In this document: in pieces, positions 12,791 to 29,719 of the stretch | Position numbering within the stretch: the stretch's first letter is position 1 | Layout: every line of letters starts with the position of its first letter | From: Prorocentrum cordatum | Taxonomy: Eukaryota | NCBI GenBank assembly: GCA_963575745.1 | Contig: CAUYUJ010000248.1 | Location: forward strand, 186,001 to 250,000 | Direction of reading: 5' to 3' | DNA: 64,000 nucleotides | Notes under the pieces: model-generated | What the model was told of the DNA's origin: nothing | What the model saw: only the letters and a program-made list of their open reading frames with translations | Database searches by the model: none | Made by a program: the position numbers and the translations under genes

Positions 12791-13301
12791 TCATCGCTCT
12801 TCTTCCTTTTCCTGTCCATCGCCATACTACTGAGGTCTCCTCATCCTTCTCATCCTCCTCCTTCTACTCCTCTTCCCGTTCCCGTTTCGCATGCTCAACC
12901 TCCTCTATTCTTCTTTTCTCGGACGCACGACCTCCTCCGCACGCACTCTCGTCCTTCTCCGCATCCTCCGTCTCTTCCTCCTTATCCTTTTCCTCCTCCT
13001 CCTCCTCCTCCTCCAGCTCCTCCTCTTCTTCCGTGCCTTTCCTCACTCCCTCCCCTCCCTCCCTCCCTCCCTCCCTCCCTCCCTCCTTCCCTCATCGTTT
13101 CCTTCCCTCCCTCCCTCCTCCTCCCTTCTCCCTCCTCCTCCTCCTCCTCCTCCTCCTCCTCATCCTCCTCCTACTCCTACTCCTATCCTTATTCCTTATT
13201 AGAATATACTCCTACTCCCCCCTCAGGCCGGCAGATAGCGGGCGCATCCGGGTGGTCCCATCCTAACCCGTAAAAAACAATACAAAATCAACATTTTTCT
13301 T

Positions 13302-15084
13302 ATTGCGAAGGCCTGACGGCCGGTGCCGCCGACCCTGTTCGCAATGCGCAGCAAGAGATTACGAGGTTGCTCAAGGTCGGCTTGGCTGGAGCCCAGGGGA
13401 AGTGGAGTCCCAGGGGGGGGCGTCGTATCTGACCCGGGGGGGGGGTCGCTACCCCCCCCCCCCCTCCCGGCGGGGGAGGGATCAAAGGGAAGGGGCTTCC
13501 CTTCGACTCAATTACTAGGTTGCTCAAGGTCGGCTTGGCTGGAGCCCAGGGGAAGAGGAGTCCCAGGGGGGGGCGTCGTATCTGACCCGGGGGGGGGGTC
13601 GACACCCCCCCCCCCCTCCCGGCGGGGGAGGGATCAAAGGGAAGGGGCTTCCCTTCGACTCAATTACGAGGTTGCTCAAGGTCGGCTTGGCTGGAGCCCA
13701 GGGGAAGAGGAGTCCCAGGGGGGGGCGTCGTATCTGACCCGGGGGGGGGTCGACACCCGCTCCCCCTCCCGGCGGGGGAGGGATCAAAGGGAAGGGGCTT
13801 CCCTTCGACTCAATTACGAGGTTGCTCAAGGTCGGCTTGGCTGGAGCCCAGGGGAAGAGGTCTCCCAGGGTGGGGCGCGATCTGACCCGGTGGGGGGTCG
13901 ACCCCCCCCCCCCCTCCCGGCGGGGGAGGATCAAAGGGAAGGGGTCTTCCCTTCGACTCATTACGAGGTTGCTCAAGGTCGGCTTGGCTGGAGCCCAGGG
14001 GAAGAGGAGTCCGCATGGGGGCGTCGTATCTGACTCGGGGGGGGGGTCGCTACCCCCCCCCGCTACCCCCCGCCCGCCTCCCGGCGGGGGAGGAATGAAA
14101 GGGAAGGGGCTTCCCTTCGACTCAATGACGAGGTTGCTCAAGGTCGGCTTGGCTGGAGCCCAGGGGAAGAGGAGTCCCAGGGGGGGCGTCGTATCTGACC
14201 CGGGGGGGGGTCGCTACCCCCCCCCCCTCCCGGCGGGGGAGGGATCAAAGGGAAGGGGCTTCCCTTCGACTCAATTACGAGGTTGCTCAAGGTCGGCTTG
14301 GCTGGAGCCCAGGGGTTGCTCAAGGTCGGCTTGGCTGGAGCCCAGGGGAAGAGGAGTCCCAGGGGGGGGCGTCGTATCTGACCCGGGGGGGGGGTCGACC
14401 CCCCCCCCCCCCCCCCCCTGGCGGGGCAGGGAATAAAAGGAGAAGGGGCTTCCTTCGACTCAATTACGAGGTTGGCTCAAGGTCGGCTTGGCTGGAGCCC
14501 AGGGACAAGAGAGTCCCAGGGAGGGGGCGTCGTAATCTGACCCTGGGGGGGGGGTCGACCCCCCCCCCCTCCCAGCGGGGAGGGGGAAGGGATCATGGGC
14601 TTCCCCTTCGACTCAATTACGAGGGTTTTGCTCAAGGTCGGCTGGCTGATGGAGCCCACGGGGAAGAGGAGTCCCAGGGGGGGGCGTCGTATCCTGACAC
14701 CGGGGGGCTGGGGGGTCGACACCCCCCCCCCCCTCCCCGGCGGGGAGGGATCAAAGGGAAGGGGCTTCCCTTCGACTCAATTACGAGGTTGCTCAAGGTC
14801 GGCTTGGCTGGAGCCCAGGGGAAGAGGAGTCCCAGGGGGGGGCGTCGTATCTGACCCGGGGGGGGGGTCGACACCCCCCCCCCCCCTCCCGGCGGGGGAG
14901 GGATCAAAGGGAAGGGGCTTCCCTTCGACTCAATTACGAGTTTGCTCAAGGTCGGCTTGGCTGGAGCCCAGGGGAAGAGGTCTCCCAGGGAAAGGGAAGG
15001 ACAGAGACGACGAGTACAAAGAATGACGGAGATGACGGCTCGAACGGAAAAGCCCCTCACACACGCCGACAGGGTCGGCGGATT
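13302..15084. mobile_element. Non-autonomous element with 13-bp subterminal IRs, terminal hairpins and central tandem array (Helentron/HINE-like)
   Basis: ccgccgaccctgt (13326-13338) / acagggtcggcgg (15069-15081); stems attgcgaa..ttcgcaat and cgccgac-agg-gtcggcg; T-rich flanks. Confidence 0.65.
13358..14995. repeat. ~150-bp tandem repeat, ~11 copies
   Basis: Unit attacgaggttgctcaaggtcggcttggctggagcccagggg...ggggcttcccttcgactca starting at ~13358, 13511, 13663, 13813, 13960, 14124, 14274, 14463, 14616, 14780 and 14933. Confidence 0.97.
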
Positions 15085-15130
15085 TTTTCCTCTCGACATG
15101 GACGTCCTGTCGTCCACGTCGATAATCCAT

Positions 15131-15503
15131 TGCAAAAAATACCACAAAGAGCACACGCGCGCGTTCATGTCAGAATCCTACCGAACACCGTGTGTTTGCA
15201 AGCATTTCAACATAAAAACATCAAAAAACCAATGCTTTTCACAAAAATTGTACAAATTTCCCGCCCGGGCTCTCTTGCTGAAATCATAGGAAAACCATAG
15301 GAATCTTAAGAATTCTGTCAAATCCAGCGATTTCACGTCATCGCGCGGTGCACTCGCGATGCTCTGTCATGCACCCAGGCCGCGAATCCTGTGCAAAAAA
15401 TACCACAAAGAGCACACTCGCGCGTTCATGTCAGAATCCTACCGAACACCGTGTTTTTGCAAGAACATAAAAACATCAAAAACCCAATGCTTTTTCACAA
15501 AAA
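15131..15503. repeat. Two ~115-bp direct repeats
   Basis: tgcaaaaaataccacaaagagcacac...cacaaaa at ~15131 and ~15393. Confidence 0.9.
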
Positions 15504-16135
15504 TGCTTTGGGGTGTCCTGTCAGACCGTCGGGTTTCCTCCGGCCACCTCTGGCTTCCTGCGGTGTACCGGGCCATTCTCGACTCGTCTGGCAATGCGTG
15601 CGCGGCATTCAACACGCGCTCGCCAGTTCCCGTCGGCAACCGCCATCGCGGCCGCATCAGCTGTACCAAACCGGCTGGCCGGTGTGACTTCGGCCCCCAG
15701 TTGTGCCAGCTTTGCTTCTTATGTTGTGGGAGGGCGGGTGGGACTGGGCATGCCATGCTTGACTCGCTCGAGCTGGCTCGGCTAGCTTGACTCCTACTCC
15801 TACTCCGACTCCTACTCCTACTCCTACTCCTACTCCATCCCTTCTCCCTCCTCCCCCCTCCTCGTCGATCCATCCAGCCATCCGCCCTGCCCCGATGCAT
15901 GCTCAGCTGCCCTCCCTGCTTGCCGGGCCGCTACGTTCCCTCTCCCCCCGCCCGCCTGCCTGCTTCGTCCCGCCGGCCCAGCCCTGGTCTCCCGCCTGTG
16001 CGCTCGTCGTCTTGCGTCTCCCCTACCTCCCCTCCCTCGCGGGAGCCTGCCCCCTCCTCCCCTCCGCCCCCTCCTCCTCCTGCTCCTCCTCCTCCCTCCT
16101 CCTCCCTCCTCCTCCCTCCTCCTCCTCCTCCTCCT

Positions 16136-16235
16136 NNNNNNNNNNNNNNNNNNNNNNNNNNNNNNNNNNNNNNNNNNNNNNNNNNNNNNNNNNNNNNNNN
16201 NNNNNNNNNNNNNNNNNNNNNNNNNNNNNNNNNNN
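16136..16235. other. Assembly gap (100 N)
   Basis: Run of N. Confidence 1.
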
Positions 16236-16899
16236 CCCTCCACCCATTTCGGCACACCCCTCACACGCTTCGTGGCCCCATAGGGAGCTCCACCGAAGGC
16301 CCCAGTGGCAGGGTTCGCATTCCTCCCCGCCACCCATTTCGGCACACCCCTCACACGTTTCGTGGCCCCATAGGGAGCTCCACCGAAGGCCCCAGTGGCC
16401 TGGCTCGTATGCCTCCCCAACACCCATTTCGGCACATCCCTCATACGTTTCGTGGCCCCATAGGGGATTTCCATTGAAGGCCCCAGTGGCTTGGTTCGCA
16501 TGCGCCCCCACACCAATTTCGGCACACCCCTCACACGTTTCGTGGCCCCATAGGGAGCTCCACCGAAGGCCCCAGTGGCTGCGTTCGCATGCCGCCCCCA
16601 CACCAATTTCGGCACACCCCTCACACGTTTCGTGGCCCCACAGGGAGCTCCACCGAAGGCCCCAGTGGCTGCGTTCGCATGCCGCCCCCACACCACCTTC
16701 GGTGCACCCCTCACACGTTTCGTGGCCCCATAAGGAGCTCCACCGGAGGCCCCAGTGGCAACGTTCGCATGCCGCCCCTACACCCATTTCGGCACACCTC
16801 TCAAACGGTTCGTGGCCCCATAGGGAGATCCACCGAAGACGGTACTCACACCAGCATTACTCACAACTGCATATGGTTGGGTCCTTCGCCAGGCTAATT
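16236..16899. repeat. 90-bp tandem satellite with fixed tail
   Basis: Units start at 16241, 16331, 16421, 16511, 16601, 16691 and 16781; tail ...gggtccttcgccaggctaatt. Confidence 0.97.
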
Positions 16900-17539
16900 G
16901 GCTGATGCTTGGGTCCATCCGTGCGAGGGATGAGCTTAGTAATGCGAACTCCTGACCTCATAGCGGCTCTCGCCTTGCCGATGTTCAATTTCAGCTTCGT
17001 ACATGTCGGCTGCTTAAGTTGTGTCTTTGGCTGTGGTGTATTCTGTAGTGCGTACTTCTACCGACTTCTTTGGCATTGATATGTTTTGAACTGTGGCGAA
17101 ATGTTCCTGATGTTTCTCTTTGGCTGACGCTTGGGGCGACACGTGCGAGGGATGAGCTTAGTAATGCGAACTCTTGATCTCACAGCGGCTCTCGCCTCGC
17201 ATATGTCGAATTTTGAATGTGTCTCCTTCGTTCTTTGTGGGTCGCGCCTCATGTTGTAGTGAGGTTGCGGGGCTCGCGTCGGTTGCCCAAGTCTTTGCCA
17301 CCTCCGTTCCCCGTCAATGATCTGGCGGGCGAATGCGGCTGATCAGTGCCCCCAGGAGGGAGGGCGCGGCATGCCGCCGGGAGCCCAGCAGGGCATGCTG
17401 GGTCTGGGGGCCGCCAGGATCAGCCGCGCGGCGATGGTTTTCAGTTTTTCCCAACCATCCTGTGGTGTTGGGTCCTCGTTTTGAAGAGACGGCGCCCCGC
17501 GTTCCTCACCTCCTCCTCCTCCCCCCCCCTCCCTCCTCC

Positions 17540-17706
<167 letters not shown>

Positions 17707-17711
17707 TCGAT

Positions 17712-18337
17712 TTTCGGCACACCCCTCATTTCGGCGTGGCACACCATTCGTGGCCCCATAGGGAGCTCCACCGAAGGCCCCAGTGGCAGGGTTCGCATGC
17801 CTCCCCACCACCCATTTCGGCACACCCCTCACACGTTTCGTGGCCCCATAGTTTCGTGGCCCCATAGCCACCGAAGGCCCCAGTGGCTGCATGCCGGCAC
17901 ACCCCTCACACGGTGGCCCCATAGGGAGCTCCACCGAAGGCCCCAGTGGCTGTTCGCATGCCTCCCCACCACCCATTTCGGCACACCCCTCACACGTTTC
18001 GTGGCCCCATAGGGAGCTCCACCGAAGGCCCCAGTGGCAGGGTCCGCATGCCTCCCCACCACCCATTTCGGCACACCCTCACACGTTTCGTGGCCCCACA
18101 GGGAGCTCCACCGAAGGCCCCAGTGGCTGCGTTCGCATGCTACACCCCTCACACGTTTCGTGGCCCCATAAGGAGCTCCACCGAAGGCCCCAGTGGCAAC
18201 GTTCGCATGCCGCCCCCACACCCATTTCGGCACACCCCTCAAGCGGTTCGTGGCCCCATAGGGAGATCCACCGAAGACGGTACTCACACCAGCATTACTC
18301 ACAACTGCATATGGTTGGGTCCTTCGCCAGGCTAATT
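17712..18337. repeat. Second copy of the 90-bp satellite element
   Basis: Same unit and the same ~75-bp tail as 16823-16899. Confidence 0.95.
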
Positions 18338-18599
18338 TTTTTGTTTTTGCGCCGTTCCCCCCGCAGCCCCCGCCCCACGGCGCACGGCGTGGCCGGGCAA
18401 AGGTTGCGGGCATTGGATGAATGGTTGGCGCGCGCGGGGGGCCAGCCCCCGCGCCTGCCGTGGCTCGAGCGCAACAGCTGCGCTCAAGGTCGAGCGGAGC
18501 CGGCCCCGCACTGACGAAAGTACTTTGGCCCCATCAGGGCCCGCCTCACGACTGGAGGGAAAAAGAATGATCGCCACGACCCGTTGATCACACGCGCGC

Positions 18600-20850
18600 T
18601 CTGTTGGTTTATTCTGCGCAGCTTCCGCTGGCCCCCGCCCCCAGTTCGGAGCCCGTCAGGCAGAGGTCCAGAGGGCCCAAGATCAGGTTGAAGCGATCAC
18701 AGCAGTTCAAGCGGACAAATGGCTTGAAAGTTACGAGGGTTTGGCGCGCTGGAGTCCTACTGTCCGTCGGCCATGGGGCCGCGGTATGTTGCGTTGCGGA
18801 CCAGAAGCTAACGGCGGGATGTCCTAGGCGGGGGGCCAGCAGTACGTTGCATTTGGCGACGCAGCGTGATCCATGGTACGATCTTGTTTTTGGAGCTATT
18901 ACCGCGCTTGTCTCATCTTGCCGTCGGTTGGTTCGGGGGCAGCTGATCAGTCTAGACCAGTTAGAGAGAGCACGGCTGGCCCGTAATCGGGAGAAGCTTA
19001 CGCGGTCGCAAGCACGAGGGCAATTTCTGTGGTCAAGCGATGATCGCTTCTACGCGTGGGTTGGTTCATGTTGTCTTCCTCAGTATCTTGGACGACCGGG
19101 GTGCTAACTTGTCCTTGCTAGACATGCCGCCCATGCTTCTTCGTTATTTTTTTCGGGCTGGTATTCAAAGATGGCAATTAGCTCGCACTGTTGCTCGCCA
19201 TCCTCAAGCTGACGAGTTTATGGTGCTGCGGGCTAGAGGGTTCAGGGCCTGCGTGGATCCGCTACTTAGAGGTCAATGCTGGAACTGCAGATCCGGTGCG
19301 CGCGTTCTGGTCTGGGTCTCTGTGGACGAAGGGCCAGCTCTGCGATCGCAGCAAGATAACAGACGCGCTACGTCGAGGACTCCGAGGAGATGGCAAAACT
19401 ATTGGCCGCGCTTGTTTCGAGTGCAATGCCGTGAAGAAGTGGCGGATTGACGGGGGGGAGCGCCGCCCCCTGTCTGAGGAGTTTCTTAAGTTTCGCGACG
19501 CAGTACTTTAGTGCGGCACGGTCCATAGCTCTTGTGCCGCCGACGAATGCTTCGAGGTCAGCGTCGGCACCCCGCAGCTCCAAGGACTTGCCGAGTACGC
19601 GGCGGAGGGCCGTAAGGCTTACTCTTGGGGTGATTGGAACAGCTCGCCCACGGGGTGGCCCGTCGTCGTTTTCGCGAACGGGTCTGCTATTCCGTCGAGC
19701 ACCCCTGAGCTGAGGCGTTGCGGATGGGCGCGCGCGCAGATGCCCGTGGAGGGATATCCAACGAGGGCCGTCGATGGCGGGCGATTTGGGGCGCAACAAA
19801 CTATTTTTGCAGTTGGGCGCCATTGGGTGCTTCAGGCTCTACGGCGCTTCCCCAGTTTAGAATTGGCGTTCACTGAATTGGCGGCTTTGGTGTCGGAAGG
19901 TTATCGATGGGACGTTACTGATACTATTGCGGGCGCGGGGCAATGGCGCGCCATTCAAGAAGAAGCACACATAAGGAACATGAACCCGCCAAAGTTTGCC
20001 CAGTACCCGTCGCATCTTGATTTGGATGAAGTTACGGCAGGCCCGGCACCACAAGAGGCAAATTATGATATGTGTGTTGGGTAACGCATGTGCAGACTAA
20101 TGTACGAAGTCGGGTGCTCGAGATATGGTTATGCTGAAGGTTATTGCGATTGGTTCGAATACGCGCTTTCGCATGCTAAGATGATGGCAAGATGCTCTGG
20201 TCCCACGTTTTGCCGGCTTCGCCAGCAGCAGATTGTGGGGTAAAGAGGCGCGACGTCCTCCACCGCGAAGGGAGTATGTGCTTGAAGCCGCGGTGTTCGA
20301 GCACGATTTATGGCGATCTGATATTGCGCGCGCCAGAGTGGAGAGAGACACAGGGAAAGCTGCGTGAAGGCGCGCACAAACACTCATCTCAACAATATTT
20401 GCTGGTGTGCGCGAAAGCATTGCGATCCTTTTAAGCTGCAGCGGCTATGGCCGGATATTTTGCGGCACAAAGGTTTGACGTTTCAGCCAGGGCGCAGCGA
20501 GGTTGGTCATATTGCGATCACTGAGGCCGATGAGGATGCTGGCGAGCTGCCTGGGAAGATGGTAGTTGACACTTCGGCGGTACCACAGCAGGCCGCTCAT
20601 AAGTTCTTCCCTGGCCAAAGCCATGCGCTGCTTTGGGATGGCCTGCCGCTTATATGTACGAGGTTGGGGAGCTTCTCTGGTGACCCTTGCTTGCATTGGG
20701 AAGGTTCTCTGTGTACTGATAGTTGGTGGGTGATCTTACGGGTAGTTGGCTGTCGCGAATGTGCATACTTCAAGTTCTGCGATTTTGTGGTGGTCGATGG
20801 TGCAGTATTGCCAGTCTCTTCTGAGTATTGTTGTTGGGCCTGTGATCTTG
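18600..20850 (+). mobile_element. Decayed 3' half of a non-LTR retrotransposon with RNase H-like domain
   Basis: GSLWTKGQL, TELAAL, KFAQYPSH, LGNACAD*CTKSGA (20080-20100; GN..AD..A motif), H.L..ICTR.G; many stops. Confidence 0.55.
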
Positions 20851-21005
20851 TTTGATTCATTGGCTGCCTTGATAGTGCGTACTGCAAATTCTGCGACTTC
20901 GTGGCGGCCGACGCGGCCTTTGAGGCCGCCGCGGCGTGGGCCACATGCCGTCGCGGCGCCCGCTCGGGACTCGAACGGCCGCCCAGAGGGGCATTCGGAG
21001 CATCG

Positions 21006-22660
<1,655 letters not shown>

Positions 22661-22684
22661 AGCAGCGTCTGCATTGGCGGCCAG

Positions 22685-22989
22685 GATCGAGTCCACCGCG
22701 CCAGGATCCCAGCCCAACCGGGTTGCGCATATCGCCGTTCCGATGGCACCCACGTGGATGTGGGCGTTTCACGCCTACTTCGAGGAATTCGCCATCCCCG
22801 AGTACTCAGTGTGGTCCCTCCACAGGTACCAGGAGCCCGCACACGCGCCAGCGCGGGCGGGCAGGAAGCGGCGCATGCATTCGCACATACCTCGCGGAGG
22901 CCGTCGACCCTGGCTGACAGGATGAGTTGAGATGGCGCACCCGCGAGGCGGCCGCCTACCCACCGCGGGGCGACGGCACGGCCATCCAG
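22685..22989 (+). CDS. Candidate exon pair (22685-22832, 22921-22989) of an unknown protein
   Basis: CAG|G acceptors, AG|GA and AG|GC donors, GC3-rich codons: IESTAPG...WMWAFHAYFEEFAIPEYSVWSLHRYQ|DELRWRTREAAAYPP. Confidence 0.45.
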
Positions 22990-23877
22990 GCGGCGACCAC
23001 GACATCGGCCCCGTGGTCAGCCATCCGGGCGTAGGCGCAGCTGCGCCAGGGCCGCCTCGCCGTGCACACGACCGCCTCCCGACCTACGTGCCCACGGTGC
23101 GGGGGGGGGGGGGGGCATCTCCCGCGACGGGCTCCGCCCTCTGGAGGGGTGCCGCCACGCCGAGGCAGCGGCCCGCGAGCTCGCGCGCGTTACGGCGCGG
23201 GCGGAGCTCCCAGCGGCCATCCTCACCAGACTGCGCGCGGGCCTGGACATCGAGGCGGGGGTGGCGGTCGCCGCGAACCTGGCGCGGGAGGCCCACGCCA
23301 CGGCGGCAACCGGTTCGGACACGGCGTGAGCCGAGGCCGTTGGCGCCGCCTGTCAGACGCACCGCCGCCGCTTGCGCCCCGCAGCTGCCGCCGGGCGCCC
23401 GGGCCGAACCCCAGGCCGCTGGGCGCCGCGGCCAAGCCGCTCCGCCGCCGCCGCCGCCTCGCCCGCACGCTGAGCCTGCGCGCCCGCTTGGGGCCCCAGG
23501 GAAAGGATCCTCCGGCAGCGTCCAGTCCGGCGTCGAGGCAAAGTCGCACACTCGTGGGCGACCCCTCAGCCCGGGCTGAGTCGTTGGCAGAGTCACGGTG
23601 CTCATGTAAAATCCGTTATTTGTCCCGTCTCGCCTGCCTGGCGGCGAACGCCCAGCAGCTCGACATGCTGGCGCCGCGTCAAGGAAAAGGGGGAGGAGGA
23701 AGAGGAAAAGGAGGGCGGGGGGCGGACGGGAGGCAGGCGCCCCCAGCTTTGGGCCCCAGCCAGCCCGAGCGGCAGGCCGCCCGCGGCGCCCCTGGGGATC
23801 CTTCGGCGCGCGCGCGCGCCCCTCCTCTTCTCCTCCTCCTCCTCCACCTCCTCCATTTTGTCTCCTTATGAATCATT

Positions 23878-24632
23878 TCTCCCTGTCGCACCCCGAGACC
23901 AGTTTTTGGGGCGGGCCAGGCGTTTCGCTTGAGATTTCCTCACCATTCATGACCCTGAAGCTTAAACATTGGCAGAAGCTTCACGGATTGAGTGCGGGTG
24001 GCTTCAAAATGTTTTAGCGCCGCGCACATTCGTCTTCAAACTTTGCAACTGTTTCACGGCCTAAGGGCGGGTGGTTTTCAACATGTGGTTCTCGCCTTAG
24101 CGCCGCGCACATTCGTTAACAAAATGTGCAAGAGCTTCATGGATTGAGTCCGGCTGGTTTTCAAACTGCGGTTATCGCTTCAGCGCCGCGCACACTCGTT
24201 TTCAAATTGTGCAAGAACTTCACGGAGTGAGGGCGGTTCCTTTTCAAAATGTGGCTCTCGCCGTAGAGCCACGCACATTCTTGTTAAAACATCGCAGAAG
24301 TTTCACGGTCTCCCATGATCGACGCACCAGCCATGGCGCTTCGGAAGGGTTCACGACTATGAGGGCGCAACACTTACGAAGATTCGCGGTGTTGAAGTCC
24401 CACGAATGGCGTTCTGGCACGATTCAGGATCGCCAAGACGCGACAGTCAGGTTTATCCGTGGCGTTGGAATACCGAGAACATGTTTTTGGTATGCTTCGG
24501 GGTTTTCGAACGGCTGCCTTCCAACGAGGCAGGTACTTCTGTGGAAATGAGCTGCTGTAGGGGCTTATGAAAAGGGAGCTTTGGGGGACGGCTTATTCCA
24601 ACATCGTTGGTGACTCTTGGGTTTGCGCGGGT
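23878..24632 (+). mobile_element. Dispersed element with ~82-bp internal tandem units, copy 1
   Basis: Starts tctccctgtcgcaccccgag; units gcgccgcgcacattcg..gggtggttttcaa; ends ccaacatcgttggtgactcttgggttt. Confidence 0.9.
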
Positions 24633-25039
24633 CCTCCTCCTCGTCCTTCTCCTCCTCGTCCTCCTCCTCTTCCTCCTTTTCCTTCTCTTCCCTTTCCTTC
24701 TCCCCCTCTTCGTCCTCCCCCTCCTCATTAACCTCCTCCTCCGCCTCCTGCTACTTTTCTTTATCCTCCTCCTCCTCCCCCTCCTCCTCCTCCTCCTCCT
24801 CCTCCTGACGTCTCCTCCCTGTCTCCTGCCTCCTCATCCTGCCTCCTGCCTCCTCCTCCTCCTCCTCCTCTTCCTTCTTCTCCTTCTCCTCCCCCTCCTC
24901 ATCCTCCTGCCTCCTCCTCCTTCTCTTCCTGATCTTCCTCCTCTTCCTCCTTTTCACGCTTTTCCTCCTGCCTCTTGCCTGCTGCCTCCTGCCTCCTCCT
25001 TTTCGCCTGCTGCCCTCCTGTTTTCTGCTTTCTCCTACG

Positions 25040-25357
25040 ACCTCCTGGGGCCTCTTGGGGCCTCCTGGGTGGCTCGTGGTGTCTCCCGAGGGCTCCTGGG
25101 GCTTCCTGTGGCCTCTTCGGGGCCTCCTGAGATCTCCTGGTCCGTCTGGGGCTTCCGTGGGGCCTCTCGTGGCTTTTTGGGGGCCTCGGTGGGGGGTCCT
25201 GGGGCCTCCTGGCGGCCCCTGTGGCCTTCTGGAGCTTCATGGGATCTCCTGGATGTCCTGGCGCTTCGCGGGGGGGGGGGCTCGTAGACATCCTGGGACC
25301 CCTCCTGAGGCGTCTGGGTCGTCTTGAAGCCTCCTGGTTCCACCGGTCCCTTGGTGT
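25040..25357 (+). repeat. GGCCTCCTG-rich dispersed repeat
   Basis: Shares the tail gaagcctcctgg.tcca.cggtc with 46050-46512; inverted relative at 48505-48740. Confidence 0.75.
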
Positions 25358-25369
25358 TATCTCCTCCAT

Positions 25370-28660
<3,291 letters not shown>

Positions 28661-28672
28661 CGCCTCCGTCTG

Positions 28673-29676
28673 TCTCCCTGTCGCGCCGCCAGATATATCC
28701 GTAGACTAGGCTGGGCGTTTCGCTTGAGATTTCTTCGCATTTCTACACCCAGCAGCTTGCCATTCCCACCAGTTAGACGGATGTGGGTCTTCCCAATGTG
28801 GGGATCTCATCTTGGCACCGCGCGCATACGCTGTAATGGCTTGCAGCAGCTATACTGATGGATGCTGATTCGCTGTTCACGTGGATCCCGCTTTAGGGCC
28901 ACGCACACGCGTCTGAAAGCTTGCAGTAGCTACACTGATTGAGGCTGGTTCGTCTTCAAATTTGCTATCCTCTTGGGCATTCCGAAGCGCATTGTCGCAA
29001 CCAGAAACGTTACACGGATGGAGGCAGCTTCGTTTTCTCAAAGGCGTTGTCGCCTGAGTTTCTCCACAACATGCTGCAGCACGTGAAATTGTGTGCAACG
29101 GTTGCACGGATGAAGGGCGCATTTTTCAAATTAGTGGATTGTCGCTTGGGACGTCTTACAAGCTGTCGACCAGAAGCTTGAACATCCGTAGCAGCTGCCG
29201 GATGGAGGGCGATTCCTTTTTGGAATGGGGATCTCGCATGAGGTTTCCTCCAATCTAGCAACATACGCAGCAGTCACACGGATGGGGGTGGTTCATGTTG
29301 AAAACAGGGTTCCCGTTGGACAGTTCTTTGAATTGGTTGATCCTACGTTGTCGCATTCCTTTCAACTCGCTAAGAGCATGCTAGACAGTCCCATGGGGTG
29401 TTTGTCAAGGGTGGCGCTTCTTGTCGTGAGTGAGTGTGCCCTGTATGGATATGTTTGGAAGCAATGGTGGACGGGAGGGTGTACAGCCGGCCCTGATTAG
29501 TAGGTCGACCCTGCCAAATCAAGGGTACCCTTGCGACCTGTGTCTCGCAACCCATGCCTCCTGCATTCCTATGGCTGTGTGGCAATCTGAAGGGTCTTAT
29601 GTCCTCTCTCGTGTCCTGTCCAATCAAGTCCGACTGTATTGCATCATCGTTGATACATCTTGGGTTCACTCTGGTC
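28673..29676 (+). mobile_element. Diverged copy of the 82-bp-unit element
   Basis: Same start (tctccctgtcgc..ggcgtttcgcttgagattt) and end (catcgttgata..cttgggtt..ctggtc). Confidence 0.75.
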
Positions 29677-29719
29677 TTCCTCGTCCTCCCCCTGCCTCCT
29701 GCGGCGACGACCTCTCAGA

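Noticed and set aside
13302..13345. HDV-like or hammerhead ribozyme at the element terminus
   Set aside because: GGGTCGGC is present on the minus strand, but the pseudoknot and catalytic core could not be built.
13358..14995. CRISPR array or SL RNA gene array
   Set aside because: Whole units repeat with no unique spacers and no cas genes; only GCTCAAG matches the SL.
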